Assembly: GCA_963674745.2 (NCBI GenBank)
Contig: CAXXDV010000001.1
Span: 2,400,001-2,464,000, forward strand
From: Desulfosudaceae bacterium
GTDB taxonomy: Bacteria; Desulfobacterota; Desulfobacteria; Desulfobacterales; Desulfosudaceae
Direction: 5' to 3'
Length of the DNA: 64,000 nucleotides
Shown here: one piece after another, positions 30,190 to 41,004 of the stretch
Position numbering within the stretch: the first letter of the stretch is position 1
Layout: every line of letters starts with the position of its first letter
Program-made: the position numbers and the translations under genes
Notes under the pieces: model-generated
What the model was told of the DNA's origin: nothing
Databases searched by the model: none
The model's input: only the letters and a program-made list of their open reading frames with translations

Positions 30190-31629
30190 CTATCTGGTCA
30201 TGGTTACGATCAGGAGCGTGCCGTTACTTTTTCTGATGACCATCTGCAGCGGATCATCCTCGTCGAGATCGTCTAAAATGTCCTTGAATGTTTTTACATT
30301 ACGGACTTTTTTATGGTTGATTTCAAAGATCACGTCCCCGGCATTAAGGCCGGCCATGTCACCTTTGCTTCCGCGGACGACATCTGAGATAACGACGCCT
30401 TCTTTTGTGTTGATTTCAAGCCGTTGAGCAATGTCGTCAGTTATGTCGGCAACGGTTATGCCCAGGGATGTCTCTTCCGGCTGTTCGGTTTTTCCCTGGC
30501 GGCTGATTTGCGAATCATCCCGTTTGACAATGGTAACCGATACCGTTTTTCTTTTCCCATCCCGCAAAAATTCGACAGAAATTTTTTCACCCACGGGTAT
30601 ATCGGCGATAATGGCGGTCAAATCGTGGCTGTCCGTTATATCGGTACCATCAATTGAAAGGATAATATCCTGCGGCTTTATGCCGGCTTCATCCGCCGGA
30701 TCCCCGGGAAAAACTTCCGTTACCAGGGCACCCCGGCTGTCTTTGAGGTGGAAATAATCGGCCATTTCCTGGCTGACCGGTTGAATGGCGACACCCAGCC
30801 ATCCCCGGGTTACAGACCCGGTTTTTTTGAGCTGGGTAATTATGTTTCTTGCCATATTGGCCGGAATGGCGAATCCGATACCCTGCCCGCTGGCGATTAT
30901 AGCCGTATTGATACCAACTACCTGCCCTTTCAGATTAAGAAGGGGACCGCCGCTGTTACCCGGGTTGATAGACGCATCGGTTTGAATGAAATTATCGTAA
31001 GGGCCGGCACCGATGACCCGGCCTTTAGCGCTGACAATACCGGCTGTTACAGTCTGTTCAAGGCCGAAAGGACTGCCGATGGCGACCACCCATTCCCCGA
31101 CTTTCAGCGTGTCCGAGTCCCCAATTTCAAGAAAGGGCAGCTTATGGTCGGTTTGAATTTTCAGCAGTGCCAGGTCGGTTTTGGGATCCTTGCCGACCAC
31201 ATCGGCGGAGAATTCTTTTTTGTTTTTCAGCTTTACGCTTATTTTGTCTGCATTTTCAACAACGTGGTTGTTGGTGACGATATAGCCGGCATCGTCGATA
31301 ATGAATCCGGATCCCAGGCTTCGTTGTTTGTATTCCCGGCCGTGGGGGGAATTGAAGAAACGCTCGAAAAAATCATTAAACGGATCATTTTGCCCGAACG
31401 GATGATTGAAAAAATGAGGATAACTCCTGTTGTTATCAGGGGCGGTATTGGTTTCCGTTCTAATATTGACGACTGCCGGGCTGACCGATTCCGCCAGGTT
31501 GCTGAAAGATTCCGGAACCAGTTTGATGTTTTGTGATACTGCGGACCGGGCGGTGGTGGGAACGAGCAGCACAAGCATGATTAAGATTGATGGTAAAAAG
31601 GCGCTGTGCCTGTACTTGCTGTTTATCAT
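30190..31629 (-). CDS. HtrA/DegP-DegQ (Do) serine protease with two PDZ domains
   Basis: Signal peptide; GSGFII, TNNHV, DLALL, INPGNSGGPL; AAGGAGG RBS before 31629. Confidence 0.93.
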   Translation of the reverse strand: MINSKYRHSAFLPSILIMLVLLVPTTARSAVSQNIKLVPESFSNLAESVSPAVVNIRTETNTAPDNNRSYPHFFNHPFGQNDPFNDFFERFFNSPHGREYKQRSLGSGFIIDDAGYIVTNNHVVENADKISVKLKNKKEFSADVVGKDPKTDLALLKIQTDHKLPFLEIGDSDTLKVGEWVVAIGSPFGLEQTVTAGIVSAKGRVIGAGPYDNFIQTDASINPGNSGGPLLNLKGQVVGINTAIIASGQGIGFAIPANMARNIITQLKKTGSVTRGWLGVAIQPVSQEMADYFHLKDSRGALVTEVFPGDPADEAGIKPQDIILSIDGTDITDSHDLTAIIADIPVGEKISVEFLRDGKRKTVSVTIVKRDDSQISRQGKTEQPEETSLGITVADITDDIAQRLEINTKEGVVISDVVRGSKGDMAGLNAGDVIFEINHKKVRNVKTFKDILDDLDEDDPLQMVIRKSNGTLLIVTMTR

Positions 31630-31642
31630 ACCAGGTACCTCC

Positions 31643-31963
31643 TTATTGGCGATTTTTTTCCTGCACGAATTTGATCCGCAGGTCATGAAGAATGTGGGCC
31701 AGTAATTTTTGTTCGTCGTCGGTTAAGTTGCCCCTGGTCTTTTCTTCCAGCATGGCCAGGATATCAATTGTCTGTTTGGCAATAACCAGTTCTTTTTGAA
31801 TGTTTCCGGTCGTGGGATCCGCGATGGCGCCCAGGTGGACCAGTGCCGAGGAATTGAGCGAAAAGATAAAAGTTGAGAAGTTGATGGCCGGCAGATCCTG
31901 TTTTTGTCGGGCCGCTTTCTCCGCGTCGTCTTTTAAAATAAAATCCTGATCATTTGAAGTCAT
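31643..31963 (-). CDS. DUF1844-like protein
   Basis: FSTFIFSL..AL.HLG..AKQTIDIL.ML.EKTRGNLT pattern. Confidence 0.8.
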   Translation of the reverse strand: MTSNDQDFILKDDAEKAARQKQDLPAINFSTFIFSLNSSALVHLGAIADPTTGNIQKELVIAKQTIDILAMLEEKTRGNLTDDEQKLLAHILHDLRIKFVQEKNRQ

Positions 31964-32097
31964 TGTTTTCTCCGACTTTGTTTATGCCCATTGAAAAAAA
32001 TGAATCGTGTATGAACTGCCCGGAGCGCACCGGATATTTTAATCAGCTGTAATTTATGTAAAACACAGGCCGATAAAAAAATATGGTATGTCCGGCG

Positions 32098-33690
32098 TTA
32101 ATCGGTCAGTTCGAATACCGTCACATCTTTGACTACGGGAAGGTTTTTCAGGTCGGAAAGGACAGCACCGGAAATCTTTTTGTCGGTTCTTAGAAATATC
32201 ACGTTGCGCTGGTTATCGCCTTTTTGTCCCACCTGCATTCTTTCGATATTGATTCCGTGCTCACCCATCAGTTGACCGATGCTGCCGATGGCGCCGGGCT
32301 GATCAAGGTTATGAATGATGGCGAAATTGCCCGTGGTGGGAATCATTTCCAGGCGAAAATCATTGATGCGGATAATCCGGGGTTCTTTTTTTCCGAAAAT
32401 TGTTCCCGCGATTGTATTGATAGCGTTACTGGCCGTCAGGCTGATTGTGATCAGACTGATAAAGTCCGTGGCGGCTTGATCAACCCGGGTCGTAATTTTC
32501 AGGCCCCTGTCTGCCGCAAAAGAAGCGGCATTGACGAAGTTAATCGTGTGCTGGACAAAAGGCGTCAGAATGCCTTTTAAAGCGGCGGTTGTAACCGGTT
32601 CCAGGTCAAGATTCTGGAAGTCACCGGTATATTCAATGGTCACTTCCTGTAAGTGTCCGTCGGCGAATTGGGCAATTGTTGCCCCGATCCGTTCGGCCAG
32701 GGTCATAAAGGGTGCCAGTTTCGTCAGCAACTCTCCGGATACGGCCGGCACATTTACCGCATTGATAATGGTGTCGTTTTTGAGGTATTCGATAATCTGC
32801 CGGGCGGCGGCTTCGGCCACGTTGACCTGAGCTTCCTTGGTGGACGCACCCAGATGCGGTGTGGCGATGACGTTCGGCAGTTTAAACAGTGGAGAGTCTC
32901 CAGGCGGCTCGGTCTCGAACACATCCAGCGCGGCGCCGGCCACTTTACCGGATTCAAGGGCGTCGTAAAGGTCGGCCTCATTGATGATCCCCCCCCGGGC
33001 GCAGTTGAGGACCATGACCCCGTCTTTCATTTTGGCAAAAGCGTCCTTGTTTAACAAGCCGGTGGTCTGGGGCATTTTCGGCACATGGACGGTAATGAAA
33101 TCAGACCGGGATAACAGTTCGTCCATGGTGACGGCCTCATGGCCTTCGTTCTCAATGGTTGCCGGGGAGATGTTGGGATCGGCGACAATCACCTTCATTT
33201 TAAACTGCCGTGCCCGATCGGCTACGATGCAGCCGATTTTCCCAAAACCAATGATACCAATGGTTTTATTAAAAATTTCAACCCCTTGAAGCTTTTTTTT
33301 GTTCCACTGGCCGGCCTTCAATGACGATGTCCCCTGGGGAATGTTACGGGCCAGGGCCAGCATCATGGACAGCGTATGCTCGGCCGTGGTGACCGTGTTC
33401 CCCTGCGGGGTGTTCATGACGGCGATGCCGTGCCTGGTGGCGGCTGGAATATCAACATTATCAAGGCCGATACCCGCCCGGGCCACGACTTTCAAGCGGG
33501 GCGTCCCGGCCTGGGCGATGTCTTCGGTGACCTTGGTGGCGCTTCTGATAATCATGCCGTCGTAATCACCGATAATTTTTTTCAGTTCATCAGCCGGCAG
33601 CCCTGTTTTGACATCAGCTTCAAAATCAGGCTCGGCGTTGATCAGCTGGATACCGATATCATCTATATTATCTGCTATTAAAATTTTCAT
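32098..33690 (-). CDS. serA: D-3-phosphoglycerate dehydrogenase with ACT domain
   Basis: RAGIGLDNVD, GFGKIG, NCARGG, TPHLGAST; C-terminal DQPGAIG ACT domain. Confidence 0.95.
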   Translation of the reverse strand: MKILIADNIDDIGIQLINAEPDFEADVKTGLPADELKKIIGDYDGMIIRSATKVTEDIAQAGTPRLKVVARAGIGLDNVDIPAATRHGIAVMNTPQGNTVTTAEHTLSMMLALARNIPQGTSSLKAGQWNKKKLQGVEIFNKTIGIIGFGKIGCIVADRARQFKMKVIVADPNISPATIENEGHEAVTMDELLSRSDFITVHVPKMPQTTGLLNKDAFAKMKDGVMVLNCARGGIINEADLYDALESGKVAGAALDVFETEPPGDSPLFKLPNVIATPHLGASTKEAQVNVAEAAARQIIEYLKNDTIINAVNVPAVSGELLTKLAPFMTLAERIGATIAQFADGHLQEVTIEYTGDFQNLDLEPVTTAALKGILTPFVQHTINFVNAASFAADRGLKITTRVDQAATDFISLITISLTASNAINTIAGTIFGKKEPRIIRINDFRLEMIPTTGNFAIIHNLDQPGAIGSIGQLMGEHGINIERMQVGQKGDNQRNVIFLRTDKKISGAVLSDLKNLPVVKDVTVFELTD

Positions 33691-33838
33691 AACGGGAAAA
33701 TATATGATGTACTTTAAAAATTCAAGACAAAAATGTATTTGAAACGAAGATAAAATTAGGATAGGAATGAGGGATAATAAAGGAATTTAGCCCGGGAAAA
33801 AGAGGCGTCTGAGGAGGGAACGGAACAAAGGGGGCGCA

Positions 33839-35323
33839 ATGCGAAACGAACAGGAAAAAGAGCTGTTGATCAGTGCCATAGACGGGGCACAGAGAAAGTT
33901 TTTTATCATTTCTTCTGATTATGAGCTTCTGGCGGTCAACGATTACACACGGCAGCTTGCCGGTGGCGGTGATGTCAAGGGACGGCACTGCTATGAAGTG
34001 TTCTATGACCGCCAGTCACCCTGCGAGGACTGCACGGCCGCGCGAGTTATGTCAACCGGAAAGCAGGCCCTGGCAAGTGTTGGAAAAGAAATGCTGGAAA
34101 CAAACATCGCTTCCTGTTTTTATTCATACCCGGTTTTCAACGGGGATGATATAGAAGCCGTGGTGACGATCGATTTTGATCTGGACGCCGTGGGAGAAAT
34201 GCTGGGACGGATCGACCGGTCCAACGCGTTTTTGCGGAATCTGATTTTAAGTTCGGTGGATGGGGTTATCGCGGCTGATATGACCGGAAAAGTGATCGTG
34301 TTTAATGAGGCTGCCGCCGAGATTTCCGGCTATAGTATTGAAGAAGCACTGAACCATCTGGATATCAGAGACGTTTATCCGGATGGCGGGGCCCGTGAAG
34401 TCATGAAAATGCTTCGCAGTGAAGAGTACGGCGGAAAAGGCAAGGTCAAGTCATATGAAGTGCAAACCAAAAGAAAAGACGGTAATGTCATGCCGATCCG
34501 GTTAAATGCCGCCATTGTTTATGAGGGCGACAAGGAAATTGCCTCGATCGGCTTTTTTCATGATATGACAGAAGAATTGAAGATGAAGGCCAACCTTGAG
34601 AAAACCCAGACGCAGCTTCTTCAGGCGGAGAAGATGTCGTCCCTGGGAAAACTGGCGGCCGGTGTGGCGCATCAGTTGAACAATCCCCTGGGAGGAATAA
34701 CGCTGTATGCCAAGCTGCTGCTCGAGGATTACGATCTCAGTGAGGAGGCTGTTGAGGATGTTAATCGCATTATCCGGGACGCCCAGAGAGGCAGTGAAAC
34801 CGTCAAGGAGTTGCTGGAATTCGCCCGGCAGACCCGGTTAAAGCGGGTTCAAGTTGACGTCAACCAGGCGGTTTCCCGGACATTGTTTTTGCTTGAAAAC
34901 CAAACTTTATTTCATGACATTGAAATTAAGAAAGATTTTTATGAAAAATCGCTTTTTATCAGCGCCGATATTCAGCAGCTTAATCATGTGTTTATGAATA
35001 TCATCCTTAATGCGGCCCAGGCCATGGAGGGAAAAGGCCGGCTGGAGATAGAAACCGGTCTGGATGTTTCCCGGAACCTGGTTAAGGTCAGAATCGCTGA
35101 CAGCGGTCCGGGAATACCCGACGATATCATTCCCCATATTTTCGAACCTTTTTATACCACCAAGGAAGAGGGAAAAGGCACGGGACTGGGGCTGAGTCTT
35201 GTTTACAGTATTATTGACGAGCATGGCGGTCATATCTCAGCCAACAACCAACCGGGCGGTGGTGCTGTGTTTAAGATTGAACTTCCTGTGCAATCGGAGA
35301 AAGGAGAGGAAGAGAGTGGATGA
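33839..35323 (+). CDS. PAS-PAS sensor histidine kinase (copy 1)
   Basis: EKMSSLGKLAAGVAHQLNNP H-box; NAAQA, DSGPG, GTGLGL; Cys-rich first PAS. Confidence 0.92.
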   Translation: MRNEQEKELLISAIDGAQRKFFIISSDYELLAVNDYTRQLAGGGDVKGRHCYEVFYDRQSPCEDCTAARVMSTGKQALASVGKEMLETNIASCFYSYPVFNGDDIEAVVTIDFDLDAVGEMLGRIDRSNAFLRNLILSSVDGVIAADMTGKVIVFNEAAAEISGYSIEEALNHLDIRDVYPDGGAREVMKMLRSEEYGGKGKVKSYEVQTKRKDGNVMPIRLNAAIVYEGDKEIASIGFFHDMTEELKMKANLEKTQTQLLQAEKMSSLGKLAAGVAHQLNNPLGGITLYAKLLLEDYDLSEEAVEDVNRIIRDAQRGSETVKELLEFARQTRLKRVQVDVNQAVSRTLFLLENQTLFHDIEIKKDFYEKSLFISADIQQLNHVFMNIILNAAQAMEGKGRLEIETGLDVSRNLVKVRIADSGPGIPDDIIPHIFEPFYTTKEEGKGTGLGLSLVYSIIDEHGGHISANNQPGGGAVFKIELPVQSEKGEEESG

Positions 35324-36824
35324 CAGTCAAACGATGAAAATCCTTGTTATAGATGATGAACAGGATATCCGGGAAGGTTGCGTGCGCGTTCTCAAACGGA
35401 TAAAGGGGTGCGAAGTGTCTTCCGCCCCCAACGGGACCGAGGGCCTGGGTGTTCTGCAGAAAGAATTTTTTCCCGTTGTTTTGCTGGACCTGAAAATGCC
35501 CGGGCTTGACGGCATGGAGGTGCTGCAGGAAATCAAAAAGATGGAAGGCAGGGAGATCCTGGTCATCATCATCACCGGATTTGCCACCGTGGAAACAGCC
35601 ATTGAGGCCATGAAACACGGGGCATATGATTTTATTCCCAAGCCGTTCGATCCGACCCAGCTCAGGATCGTTGTCGAACGGGCCCTGGATAAAATACGCC
35701 TGACCAGGGAAGCGGAAATGCTTGAGTTGGAACGTCAGAAAACCCTGGCCGATCTTGACACGGAGAAAAGTCGTATCAGCGCCATTGTCAAGTCGCTTCC
35801 TATCGGGGTGGTGGTCACCAATAATGCCGGTCAGGTTGTGTTGATGAACCCCTCCTTTAAAAATCTTCTTGGACTGGATGCGGGCAGGGTGCCCGGGGAA
35901 GATATCTCGTCTTATGTCCCGGATCAGGGGTTCTGTGATCTGGTCAATGAAATTTCACGGTGTGATGTCATCGAAGACAGCGAGGAGTCGACCTATGAAC
36001 TGGTTCTGGACGGCAACAAGTTTCTCATGACCAGGGGGCGGCCCGTTCTGACTGAATCCGGGGATTGCCTTGGCGCTGTGGTTACTTTGGGTGATATTTC
36101 ATCCATCAGGATTCTGGATCAACTCAAATCCGAGTTTGTGGCCAAGGTGTCCCACGAACTCCGCTCTCCGCTTTCGACGATTCATGAACAGCTGGGCGTT
36201 GTGCTCAAAGATATGGGCGAGGATGTGGATGCACAGGAGGATCAGTATATTCTTTCACGTGCGAAAGAGAAAACCAGCGGTCTTATTTCGCTTATTGGAG
36301 ACCTTCTGGATTTGTCCCGTATCGAATCCGGCGGGTTGGCCCATAATATCCAGCGGGTACCACTGGATGAGCTGTTAAAAAGTATTGTTGACTTTTTGGG
36401 TGCCAGGGCCAAGGCAAAAGACCAGACCCTGTCTTTAAGCCTGGACGGGGATTCGTTTCCACCTTTGACGGCCGACCCCCTTGCCCTGGAAAGTGTTTTT
36501 GGGAATCTGGTCACCAATGCCATCAATTATACCGGTGAAGGCGGGCGCATTGAGGTGTCCATGAGCATGGAGAGCGGACTGTTGCGGGTTGCGGTCGCAG
36601 ACAACGGCTATGGAATTGAAGAGCGGCACCAGGCGAAGATTTTTGAAAAATTTTACCGGGTTAAGGATGAAAATACGCGTTTTATCACTGGCACCGGGTT
36701 GGGGTTACCGATCGTAAAAGGGCTTGTGGAGCAGTTGGGTGGTGAAATCCGTCTGGACAGTGCACCTGGAAAAGGAACGACATTTACGGTTTTACTGCCG
36801 GTAGAAAAACAACATGCCGTTTAA
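35316..36824 (+). CDS. Hybrid receiver-PAS-histidine kinase
   Basis: ILVIDDE, LLDLKMP, FIPKP; SHELRSPL, NAINY, GTGLGL; GTG start overlaps the upstream stop (alternative ATG 35334). Confidence 0.9.
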   Translation: MDDSQTMKILVIDDEQDIREGCVRVLKRIKGCEVSSAPNGTEGLGVLQKEFFPVVLLDLKMPGLDGMEVLQEIKKMEGREILVIIITGFATVETAIEAMKHGAYDFIPKPFDPTQLRIVVERALDKIRLTREAEMLELERQKTLADLDTEKSRISAIVKSLPIGVVVTNNAGQVVLMNPSFKNLLGLDAGRVPGEDISSYVPDQGFCDLVNEISRCDVIEDSEESTYELVLDGNKFLMTRGRPVLTESGDCLGAVVTLGDISSIRILDQLKSEFVAKVSHELRSPLSTIHEQLGVVLKDMGEDVDAQEDQYILSRAKEKTSGLISLIGDLLDLSRIESGGLAHNIQRVPLDELLKSIVDFLGARAKAKDQTLSLSLDGDSFPPLTADPLALESVFGNLVTNAINYTGEGGRIEVSMSMESGLLRVAVADNGYGIEERHQAKIFEKFYRVKDENTRFITGTGLGLPIVKGLVEQLGGEIRLDSAPGKGTTFTVLLPVEKQHAV

Positions 36825-36849
36825 TTTTGTTTTTAAGCGGTTTTTATTG

Positions 36850-36878
36850 AAGCGGGCCAAAATGGCCCGCTTATTTTT
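36850..36878. terminator. Hairpin between convergent genes
   Basis: AAGCGGGCC-aaaat-GGCCCGCTT followed by T-rich sequence. Confidence 0.65.
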
Positions 36879-37264
36879 TAATCCGCCAGGAGGCTTTTGA
36901 CGCTGTCACAGATATCTTCGGCAGAGGCCGGTTTTGGTAGATAATCATCCGCTTGCGTTGACATACCGTCAAAATGCGAATAACGGGTTGAACTGACATG
37001 ATCGGCCACGGCTGTCAGCAGCACAATGGGAATTTCTGAATATTTTTCATCTTTTTTCAGCTCAGCGCAGGTTTCATACCCGTCTTTTTCCGGCATCATC
37101 ACGTCCAGAACAATCGCGTCAGGGGGATTGGCGTGAACTTTTTCTATGGCTTCAACACCGTTATAGGCTGTCTCCACCTTAAATCCTTCGGCTTCCAGGT
37201 ATTTTTTTATAACCGCAACCAGATCCGGCTCGTCATCGACGACTAGCACTCTTTTTTCCGACAT
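36878..37264 (-). CDS. Single-domain response regulator (copy 1)
   Basis: VLVVDDE, LDVMMP, LLTA, LPKP. Confidence 0.92.
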   Translation of the reverse strand: MSEKRVLVVDDEPDLVAVIKKYLEAEGFKVETAYNGVEAIEKVHANPPDAIVLDVMMPEKDGYETCAELKKDEKYSEIPIVLLTAVADHVSSTRYSHFDGMSTQADDYLPKPASAEDICDSVKSLLAD

Positions 37265-37330
37265 TTGCAGATTCTCCTTTTTGTTGTGGTCTTTATTATT
37301 ATTCTAGATATTCAGTTAATTCAATTTTTT

Positions 37331-37445
37331 TTATTTTATCGCAGGCAGTGGTAAAAGGCCAGCACTTTTGACGCTTTCGGCAACTTTTTCTACTTCTTCG
37401 GCGGCCGTATTGCGGGCATCCGGGCGCCTTCAAAATTTTCCAATA
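37331..37445 (-). pseudogene. Decayed 3' remnant of metF
   Basis: Translates EVEKVAESVKSAGLLPLPAIK* against MetF C-terminus EEKVPEIVKSAGLFPRPEV*; stop or frameshift upstream; same position relative to the regulator as intact metF in copy 2. Confidence 0.75.
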
Positions 37446-37768
37446 TTCCGAACCGTTGAGCGGTTTTTCGTAGCAGGGGCACGGCAGGGGATATGCCTTT
37501 TATCTTGACTTTTGGTGGATTTTTATGTATTTTTTAACAAAGATACATAACAAGCCTTCATCTCGTCAAATCACAAATTCGGACTGCTGGTCATGTTCCG
37601 GGACAAATCATCCGAAAAAAGAATAATGTCGGAGCAGAATGGCTGCTGAATTTATAAGCGTTTCATAATCGTCGGTTATTTAAATAAGGTGTTTTTTGGG
37701 GAGACTTGATTCGTTATGCGAGAATTCTGTCTCATATAATTATATATCTGAGTTACTGCGAGGCTGTA

Positions 37769-40036
37769 ATGAGAGTGTTTGTTTATTTTTTTGTCGGTTT
37801 TTTCCTTTTTGTCGGTTGTGCTCTGGCGCAAAGCAAACCTACGGTTTCTTACCTTAACCGTTGGCCGATTAAAGCCCCCAATGTTATTACCAAGGTCGGT
37901 AATTACGTTTTCCATGGTGACGGCGACATAATCGCTGTTTATGACGCCGCCACTGATTCGGATTTAACCCTGGTAAAAACTGTTCCTGTCCGGTTGACCC
38001 CGGCAGCTGACCTGAAAGATCAGCAGGCGAGCGGGACGGAGGGTGTTACCGGTCTGTTTTATGACGGTGATTTGTTGTATGCCGCCTGTGGTAATGAGGG
38101 CCTTCAGATTTATGATGTTCCGGCGGACCCGGCTTCCTTTGCCCCAACTGACTGGAAAAGTACGTACATCGTTGAAAAGCAGAATGCCCGGGCCGTTGTC
38201 CGGGACGTTTCGGTGTCGGGCAGCTATGCTTATATCGGTTATTACCTGCTTTCAAATGCCGGTTATGACAGTGGTATCCAGGTCGTTAATATTACAGACC
38301 CAGCCAACCCCTTTTTGGCAGGGGAAGTTGAGTTCCCCCAGGCTGTCGTGGAACTGAAAAGAGTTCAGAGCGTTACGGTCGCCGGGAATTATCTCTATGC
38401 CACGGATATTTATAATGGATTGATCATTTTTGATCTGACAGATCCGAAGGCGCCTGAAGTAGAAGCCGCTTATTATATCTCTTCGGCCATGGATGTGGCT
38501 GTTTCCGGAAATTTTGCTTATGTGGCAGCTGTTTTTGGTGTGACCGTGGTTAATGTTGATCCGGCCAATTTTACGGATGAAATGGATGTTCTTCAAAGCA
38601 GCGCCACCTGTCAGTATGCCGGTGAAGAAACAAAAGCGGTTAGTTTGGAAGCAAATGGCGGTTACGCCTATGTCGGTGATGTGGATCTTGGGCTGGTTAT
38701 TATTGATACCTCGTCACCGGAAGACGTAAATGACGATAGTGTCATTGGAGGATATTCTCTTGATACCCAGGGCGCTTATAGCCTTTTTTTTGACGGCGCC
38801 AATTCGGATGTTTACCTGGGGGATTGCAGAAAAGGTTTGCAGAAGGTGGATGTCGAAGATCCTGCCGCTACGGCGTTGTTGGCTGACGTAAAAGATACGA
38901 GAACGCCGGCTGATGCTGATGCCGTGTTTGTCGATACGGATACCAGTTACGTGTTTTCTGTGGATGATGACGCTTCTTTTGGAAACATCAAGGAAGGCGT
39001 CCGGATTTTCTTTGCGGTTGTTTCGGAAGAGTATGTGACATTTCTTTCAAAAGGGATGCTTCCCACCGATGGGGAAGCGACGGACATCTATTTTTTTGAT
39101 GGCTATCTTTACATTGCCGACGGCAGCGGGGGCTTGAAGATTATTGATGCCGGTCTGCCCGAGGACACGGCCGGCCCTGTTAATCCGGTTCTGGTGAGCA
39201 GTGTACCGGTTTCCGGCGGTAACGCCACCGGTGTTTTTGTCAAACTGGACGATGATACCCGAACCTATGCCTATGTCGCTGCCGGAAGTGGTGGCTTGAA
39301 AGTGATCGATGTCTCTGATCCGGCATCGCCGACATTAATTGGGGAGATTTCCGGAACAGAGGTCTCTGATGCGAGAAAGGTTGATGTAAAGGGGAATTTT
39401 GCCTTTATTGCGGATGGCGACAACGGTCTAAAGATAGTTGATATTGCTGATAAGAGCGCCCCTTTCCTGACCGGTGTTTATTATGTGGGGGATAGTGACG
39501 ACCTGGATGATATCCCCGGCTGCGCCTATGACCTGAACATTGTCGGTACGCTGGCATATGTGGCTTTTTACAACGAAGGCTTGCATGTTGTAGGCGTCTC
39601 CAACCCCTATGAGCCAATTTGGGTGGCCCAATACAGTGCCGATCCCTATTACCAGGTCAAGGGCTTGTATGCCGCCCGGTCCAGTGATAACGAAGGTGTG
39701 GATTTGATCTGGATCGCCAACGGCACTGCTCAGGAAGAGAATATGTGCTTTTTTACCAGGCCTTCTACGGTTCCGCCGCAGCGTATCGGCGGGTATTATA
39801 CTGCCGGAGATGTAAAGGACGTGTATGTGGCTGCTGATTTTGCTTTTCTTGCCGACAGCGCCGGCGGTCTCCAAGCGTTAATCGTGAATGAATATGAATC
39901 AGAAGTTGAAAACAGCTATCTTGATGTTGTGGTGCCGGTTGACACGCATCGCAGTAAAGCCGGCGGCTGCTTTATCCAGACGGGGCTGACCGGTTTCTGG
40001 GACGGCCTTAGGCGACTGATTCTACCCGGACGATGA
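37769..40036 (+). CDS. Secreted acidic LVIVD-repeat beta-propeller protein with C-terminal GGCFI motif
   Basis: Signal peptide; many YAYVA..GL.IIDVSDP..P repeats; ends AGGCFIQT...RRLILPGR. Confidence 0.85.
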   Translation: MRVFVYFFVGFFLFVGCALAQSKPTVSYLNRWPIKAPNVITKVGNYVFHGDGDIIAVYDAATDSDLTLVKTVPVRLTPAADLKDQQASGTEGVTGLFYDGDLLYAACGNEGLQIYDVPADPASFAPTDWKSTYIVEKQNARAVVRDVSVSGSYAYIGYYLLSNAGYDSGIQVVNITDPANPFLAGEVEFPQAVVELKRVQSVTVAGNYLYATDIYNGLIIFDLTDPKAPEVEAAYYISSAMDVAVSGNFAYVAAVFGVTVVNVDPANFTDEMDVLQSSATCQYAGEETKAVSLEANGGYAYVGDVDLGLVIIDTSSPEDVNDDSVIGGYSLDTQGAYSLFFDGANSDVYLGDCRKGLQKVDVEDPAATALLADVKDTRTPADADAVFVDTDTSYVFSVDDDASFGNIKEGVRIFFAVVSEEYVTFLSKGMLPTDGEATDIYFFDGYLYIADGSGGLKIIDAGLPEDTAGPVNPVLVSSVPVSGGNATGVFVKLDDDTRTYAYVAAGSGGLKVIDVSDPASPTLIGEISGTEVSDARKVDVKGNFAFIADGDNGLKIVDIADKSAPFLTGVYYVGDSDDLDDIPGCAYDLNIVGTLAYVAFYNEGLHVVGVSNPYEPIWVAQYSADPYYQVKGLYAARSSDNEGVDLIWIANGTAQEENMCFFTRPSTVPPQRIGGYYTAGDVKDVYVAADFAFLADSAGGLQALIVNEYESEVENSYLDVVVPVDTHRSKAGGCFIQTGLTGFWDGLRRLILPGR

Positions 40037-40083
40037 GTTGTCATAAAAAACATTACCATTAGTGCTGGTTATGGCTGTTATGT

Positions 40084-40117
40084 AAGGCCCGCCTGAGGCG
40101 GGCCTTTTCTTTTTTTT
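40084..40117 (+). terminator. Intrinsic terminator
   Basis: AAGGCCCGCC-tga-GGCGGGCCTT followed by a T tract. Confidence 0.85.
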
Positions 40118-40220
40118 GACTTCTCATTTTTTTTTTGTTATGTAAACGGTTTAATCGGTTAAACGACTTTGCTGTCTGCGAGTTTGATTTTTTAAACATC
40201 CATAAAGATTGGGGGGGCTT

Positions 40221-40643
40221 ATGGCCGGTATTAATAAGGCGATCATTCTTGGAAGATTGGGACGGGATCCGGAAGTACGTTATACACAGGATGGAAGGGC
40301 GATTGCGAATTTCAGCGTGGCCACGTCAGAAGAGTGGAAAGACAAAGACTCCGGTGAAAAAAAAGAACGGACGGAATGGCATCGGATCGTTGCTTTTGGC
40401 CGCCTGGGTGAGATATGTGGCGAGTATTTATCCAAAGGCAGACAGGTTTATGTAGAAGGCCGCTTACAGACAAGGTCATGGGAGAAAGACGGCGTTACCC
40501 GGTACACAACTGAAATTGTTGCCGCCAACATGCAGATGCTGGATTCCAAGTCGGTGGCAGGCGGAAATAATGATTACATGCCGCCGATGGATGATGCCAT
40601 GCCTTCCGAAGTGGGTCCTGGTGATGATGATATCCCTTTTTAA
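40221..40643 (+). CDS. ssb: Single-stranded DNA-binding protein
   Basis: [37 protein letters not shown]-terminus. Confidence 0.97.
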   Translation: MAGINKAIILGRLGRDPEVRYTQDGRAIANFSVATSEEWKDKDSGEKKERTEWHRIVAFGRLGEICGEYLSKGRQVYVEGRLQTRSWEKDGVTRYTTEIVAANMQMLDSKSVAGGNNDYMPPMDDAMPSEVGPGDDDIPF

Positions 40644-40797
40644 TCCGGTCCTGATTAACTTGTAAAAACGACCTGTGGTGCAAAAAGCTTGACGTCCGAT
40701 TTAACAGCGGCACGAGAGATATCGGCTTGGAGCGGTTATCCATTCTGGCCGGTATGGCTGATGCAACAGGTCGCTACTTAGCCGCCCGCCCGGTTGA

Positions 40798-41004
40798 TTA
40801 CGGGGTATTATTGTCTTTATTCTCTTCGGCCTGATTGTCGTCGATTTTTTTCTGGTCGTCTTTATCCACTTTAGAAGTGGCATTCTTGAAATTACGTATC
40901 CCCTGGCCGATACCGGCACCAATATCGGGGAGCCTTTTGGCACCGAACACAATCAGAACGATAATCAGAATGATAATGAGTTCCGGCAAGCCGAGTCCAA
41001 ACAT
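40798..41004 (-). CDS. tatA: Twin-arginine translocase subunit TatA/E
   Basis: [33 protein letters not shown]. Confidence 0.9.
   Translation of the reverse strand: MFGLGLPELIIILIIVLIVFGAKRLPDIGAGIGQGIRNFKNATSKVDKDDQKKIDDNQAEENKDNNTP

Noticed and set aside
37446..37768. Riboswitch or ncRNA in long intergenic regions (also 40645-40795, 51720-52020, 58281-58547)
   Set aside because: No recognisable conserved motif by eye; an Rfam scan would be needed.
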